64,000 nucleotides of DNA from NCBI GenBank assembly GCA_022764265.1, contig JALERO010000119.1, positions 11,700-75,699 of the forward strand. The letters are read 5' to 3'. The notes beneath the pieces are model-generated. The model ran no database searches, was not told the origin of the DNA, and was given only the letters and a program-made list of their open reading frames with translations. A program made the translations under genes and the position numbers. This stretch comes from Eubacterium sp. GTDB taxonomy: Bacteria > Bacillota > Clostridia > Lachnospirales > Lachnospiraceae. Of the stretch, positions 62,377-64,000 are shown piece after piece. Each line of letters starts with the position of its first letter. The stretch's first letter is position 1.

Positions 62377-63756
62377 TTAAATAGTATGTCCTGACGCCTT
62401 CTGAATTTCTCTGGAAACCTCGCTCAATTTCATCCCGTTGGAAGCTTTCAGCAAAACCACATCCTCCGGCGTTACACTCTGCAGGAGATATTGGGTCATC
62501 GCTTCCCGATTCTCTACTTTTGTCAGCTGAATTTTGTCTGTTTTTGATTGAATTCCCTTCAATATTTCTTCAGATAACGCTCCAAAAACAACAACTTCAT
62601 CTACAGACTCACCGGCAATATATTCTCCCACTTCAAAATGGTAGTTCTTTTCATTTTCTCCCAACTCCAGCATATCCGAAAGGGCTGCGATTTTTCTTCC
62701 CTTCACCCCTTCCATGGAAGAAAGCACATGGACACTGGCCTTCATGGAATCCGGGCTGGCATTGTATGTATCGTCAATCAGAAGACATTTCTCACAGCGA
62801 ATCAGCTGCTGTCTCTGACCGTGGAACTCTTTTAATTTTAAGGCCGCCTTTTCCAGATCTACCCCCATCTGATGAGCCACACCAAGAGCCACCAGGGCAT
62901 TTCTCACATTATGTTCACCCATGGTTCCCAAAATTACATTCATGCGGATATCTCCGGCACAGAATATAAAATGCGTTCTGCCCGATTCATTGTGAATCTC
63001 TTCTGCCCGATAGTCGCAATCCTCGCTCATGCCGTAGAAAAATGCTTTCTTGTCCAATTTTCCACGATAGCGAACCAGAAACGGATCATCTCCATTTAAG
63101 AAAATCATGCCATCCTCGGAAAGTCCCTTCATGATATCCATCTTTTCCCGGCAAATGTTTTCCTGGGTTTTGAGCTGGGCAATATGACTCACACCGATCA
63201 TAGTCACCACGGCAATATCCGGACGAATCATGTTTGTGAGGATTTCAATCTGTCCCCTCTCACTCATACCGATCTCAAGAACTGCTGCCTCATGGTCTTT
63301 TGTCATGTGGGACAGGGTCAGCGGAACCCCCACCTGACTGTTTTGATTTCCCATGGTCTGGAATACATTTTTTCCTGCGGAAAGAGCCGTAGCAATCATC
63401 TCTCTAGTGGTGGTCTTCCCCACACTCCCTGTGACAGCCACCACCGGCAGCTTCAGACGGTTTCTGTAATAGGTACCCACCTTCTGCATGGCCTCCACCG
63501 TATCCTCCACACGAATCCACGGTTTTTCTCCTTCCGCACTGTCATGCTCTGAAGTGAAGGTTGCTCCATTTAATTCCAGCGCACTGTCAATAAAGCGATG
63601 GGCATCCACCCTCTCACCGATGATTGGCACAAAAATACTGTCTTCATTGCCCTGTCTCGAATCAATGGAGAATTCTTTTATTTCTTTTTCTGCATCGCCG
63701 CAAAGGAGTTGGCCTCCCGTTGCTGCAAGTATATCTTTTATCGTAATATGTTCCAT
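62377..63756 (-). CDS. murF: UDP-N-acetylmuramoyl-tripeptide--D-Ala-D-Ala ligase
   Basis: IDSR, TGSVGKTTT, EIGMS, DDTYNASP, DMLELG, LLKAS. Confidence 0.95.
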   Translation of the reverse strand: MEHITIKDILAATGGQLLCGDAEKEIKEFSIDSRQGNEDSIFVPIIGERVDAHRFIDSALELNGATFTSEHDSAEGEKPWIRVEDTVEAMQKVGTYYRNRLKLPVVAVTGSVGKTTTREMIATALSAGKNVFQTMGNQNSQVGVPLTLSHMTKDHEAAVLEIGMSERGQIEILTNMIRPDIAVVTMIGVSHIAQLKTQENICREKMDIMKGLSEDGMIFLNGDDPFLVRYRGKLDKKAFFYGMSEDCDYRAEEIHNESGRTHFIFCAGDIRMNVILGTMGEHNVRNALVALGVAHQMGVDLEKAALKLKEFHGQRQQLIRCEKCLLIDDTYNASPDSMKASVHVLSSMEGVKGRKIAALSDMLELGENEKNYHFEVGEYIAGESVDEVVVFGALSEEILKGIQSKTDKIQLTKVENREAMTQYLLQSVTPEDVVLLKASNGMKLSEVSREIQKASGHTI

Positions 63757-63865
63757 TTATTTATCATTCCTTTCGCACAAAAAGGATAAACACAAATAAC
63801 AGGGTGTCATTTGCATTTATCCTCTCATCTCATTAAGATGCCATTACTATCTGATATTCAAGACT

Positions 63866-63894
63866 ATCTTACAGCAATCCGGGCATTGTTTCAA
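63866..63894 (-). promoter_or_regulatory. Putative SigA promoter for murF-parE-parC
   Basis: Minus strand TTGAAA-N17-TAAGAT. Confidence 0.5.
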
Positions 63895-63905
63895 GTTTTT
63901 CTTTT

Positions 63906-63998
63906 TTATGCTTCCAGTAATTTTTCAACGGATACCAGTTTCACACAGGTAACAAAAAGGTCGGCTGCGATGGTTAATTCTTCCGGTGAAGGCATTGT
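63906..63998 (-). CDS. 3' end of an unidentified gene running off the window
   Basis: Reads TMPSPEELTIAADLFVTCVKLVSVEKLLEA* on the minus strand. Confidence 0.45.
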   Translation of the reverse strand, partial: TMPSPEELTIAADLFVTCVKLVSVEKLLEA

Positions 63999-64000
63999 CG

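Noticed and set aside
328-63799. Numerous antisense or nested 60-230 aa ORFs (e.g. 595-1074, 21591-22226, 27896-28582, 50731-51324)
   Set aside because: They overlap well-supported genes, lack RBS and motifs, and are typical shadow ORFs

Overview
Chromosomal window from a spore-forming Firmicute. Gene content (SASP, SleC, class B sortase, DapL, ANTAR regulator) suggests a Lachnospiraceae-like clostridium. Most of it is housekeeping: two tandem LeuD/LeuC-type aconitase-family pairs, glmM-glmS, a MacAB-like ABC exporter, carAB-glnA-ANTAR-dapF-dapL, queH, rho, malic enzyme, tig-clpP-clpX-lon-engB, putP/LysR, LTA synthase/sortase B, an L,D-transpeptidase and murF-parE-parC. The main finding is a spore cortex-lytic enzyme gene (sleC) split at codon 218 (TEWYR|NKGY) by a 7,048-bp element. 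The element is bounded by a 6-bp direct repeat (CGGTAC at 24972-24977 and 32020-32025) and 17-bp imperfect inverted arms. It encodes an intact large serine recombinase, a 69-aa candidate directionality factor behind a sporulation-sigma-like promoter, a decayed AAA-ATPase/nuclease and a 1435-aa hybrid histidine kinase. Precise excision would rebuild an in-frame 410-aa SleC, suggesting a skin-like, developmentally excised element in a germination gene; excision itself is inferred, not observed. Secondary observations: a structured dispersed repeat family, an insertion that duplicates the RBS between lon and engB, a nonsense codon in clpX, an efflux adaptor with a large repeat/Ig insertion, and a probable ANTAR-controlled attenuator. 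No rRNA, tRNA or CRISPR array was recognised.
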